Shown: positions 62,241-64,000 of the stretch, in pieces | How the letters are laid out: each line of letters opens with the position of its first letter | Position numbering within the stretch: the first letter of the stretch is position 1 | Origin: Lytechinus pictus | Taxonomy: Eukaryota | Length of the DNA stretch: 64,000 nucleotides | Direction of reading: 5' to 3' | NCBI RefSeq assembly: GCF_037042905.1 | Contig: NC_087252.1 | Location: 15,688,001 to 15,752,000 of the forward strand | Made by a program: the position numbers and the translations under genes | The notes under the pieces: model-generated | What the model was told of the DNA's origin: nothing | The model's database searches: none | Seen by the model: the letters and a program-made list of their open reading frames with translations, nothing else

Positions 62241-63257
62241 CCGTAAGTAACGGTGTATTAACCGCACCCGTGTATTAACCGCACCCTCAACTTTGGACTA
62301 AAAAATCCTTCTCACATTTACATGCATATTTGAGGTACGAAGAAACAAAAACTAAGTTAAAGATTTCAAAGTATTCAAAGAGATTACCGGTATGCGGAAA
62401 TCTGCTGTTCTTGATCAATTCATCTACAAATGTTAGCAAGAAAGAAAGGTCCCGACAATATTGGCCACTTACACACTCACTCACCTCACAGTCACAGTGT
62501 ACACACACACAGCACTGCCGTTCTTGTACATGTACATTGCAAACTTCGATACGGTACCACTACCAGTACATCTTGCATCACAACCTCACAATCACTTTCA
62601 GCATTTGTCTAGCATTCGATGGCTTAGCATGAATTTTGGATACGGGATTACAGGAAGGTTCAAGAAACAAAAAAAAATTGGCATTTTTTCCACTTGTTTT
62701 ACGGCTCCGTGCCGTCTCTCTCATGCGTGGTGCACGGTGTACATGGTATCTTATGAAAAGCAAACAGGAAAGAAAAAAATAAGCTGGCGCGAAACAGGAC
62801 TTTGAGGGGTTAAAATGAATAGCGCCAGCTTAAGTCGCACTAAAACCACAATACAACGCAAGCTAGCTCTCGGCTCTTGCTCAACTGTGACAAATTATTA
62901 CCGAGAATGCTTGGCGTCTCTTTGAACTTAGCCAGGGAACTTCGCTGCTTTGAATCGAGAATAAAGTCGAAATTAGTGTCATGAAGGTAGGTGCATTTGT
63001 TATGGACACTATTTGATTAAGATCGTAATAATCGCTTCCCATTGGCATTACCCGCGGCTCATACCCCTCTAAACGACATTGCCCTGGGCGGCTACGCCCG
63101 GCCACTCGATGTGTTGTGAACTGGCAGACTTCTTACATGTTCGGGAGGGGTTACGCGGGCGGGCTCAGACCCGTCACCGTGGATAAACCGCACGTGCCCC
63201 GACTTTTGCTTATATCCCGCCGTGAAAAAGGTGCGGTTAATACACCGTTACTTACGG
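62241..63257. mobile_element. Tc2/pogo-like non-autonomous DNA transposon (about 1 kb)
   Basis: TA|CCGTAAGTAACGGTGTATTAACCGCACC ... GGTGCGGTTAATACACCGTTACTTACGG|TA, a perfect 28-bp TIR. CCGTA termini with a TA TSD are typical of the Tc2 group. No transposase ORF. Confidence 0.88.
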
Positions 63258-63451
63258 TACTCAAAACATTTCTATGTTATTAAGTGAAAACTTGCTATAT
63301 GCATTCTTTGTTCTTGAAAACAACTACTTTGTGACAATTTTGTGAAAAAAAATGTGTTTAAATCAGAGACTTCTGTGTTGCATATTTACATAGGGCCTAC
63401 TGGTATATGATGCTTCAGTTGATGTGTTTTACTGCTCTATTCCCGTATCTA

Positions 63452-64000
63452 GGGTCCCATCTTACTAAGAGTTACGATTGATCAGATCAATCGTAACTAT
63501 GGAAATCCATCAATGTCATAATTTTGCATACAGGAAATTTGCACAATGTCCTTGGTAAACAAATAGGAAGAACAGTGAATTGTCAAGGCAAAGATGATTG
63601 TATGAGTATACATCATGTCTGGGCCCCGTCTTACAAAGAGTTAAGATTGATCCGATCAATTGCAACTATGGACTGCCAGCAACGTCAACATCTATTATGC
63701 TTGCATGTTTGTTCAAAATATTTTCTAGCTATGATGTATATTCATGCATACATTGTTTTCTTGAAATTTCACTGCGCTTCTCTTTGCATACAAAGGACAT
63801 TGTGCAAATTTTTCTTAGAAAAAACTATGACACTGATGGATTTCCATAGAGTTACGATTGATCTGATCAGTCGTAATTCTGTGAAAGACGGGGCCCAGGG
63901 AAACGCTTTGAACGAACATGCATTTTAGATGTACATGTAGGTGTTGCTGATTTTCCATAGTTGTGCCCGATCAGATTGATCGCAACTCTTTGTAAGACAG
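63452..64000. mobile_element. GGCCC-TCTTACAAAG Harbinger-like MITE with an inverted copy of itself nested (63622-63895)
   Basis: The outer copy resumes after cag at 63898 and runs to the window end. The inner copy is flanked by ctg / cag. Confidence 0.82.

Overview
This window is AT-rich eukaryotic genomic DNA with no prokaryotic features. The repeat content suggests a marine deuterostome, probably a sea urchin, which is inference only. It carries part of one large + strand gene, a Roundabout (Robo) family Slit receptor. Seven GT-AG exons (38361-38494, 41851-42037, 54400-54590, 57693-57783, 58165-58303, 59246-59373, 62059-62183; 995 nt) join with matching phases into one open frame encoding Ig1, Ig2, Ig3 and half of Ig4. 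I could not find the signal-peptide exon, so 1-38360 is probably a long first intron, and the gene continues past the window end. The rest is intronic: many non-autonomous DNA transposons/MITEs (PIF/Harbinger-like with CWG or TNA target duplications, Kolobok-like TTAA, CACTA/EnSpm-like, Tc2-like, hAT-like), often nested, plus tRNA-derived SINEs, L2/CR1-type LINE remnants, microsatellites and long pyrimidine tracts. Top leads: (1) a frame-preserving 6-nt candidate microexon in the Ig3-Ig4 linker, the position of the vertebrate Robo1/2 exon-6b microexon; (2) a candidate recursive AG|GTAAG splice site with a branch point and a long AG-free zone; (3) TACATGTA/TAGGCCTA transposon-excision scars, seen as insertions into repeat copies; (4) self-nesting, target-specific Harbinger MITEs; (5) a decayed hammerhead-ribozyme-like motif. 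Everything was read by eye. Repeat boundaries are approximate and TE superfamilies are assigned from termini and TSDs only.
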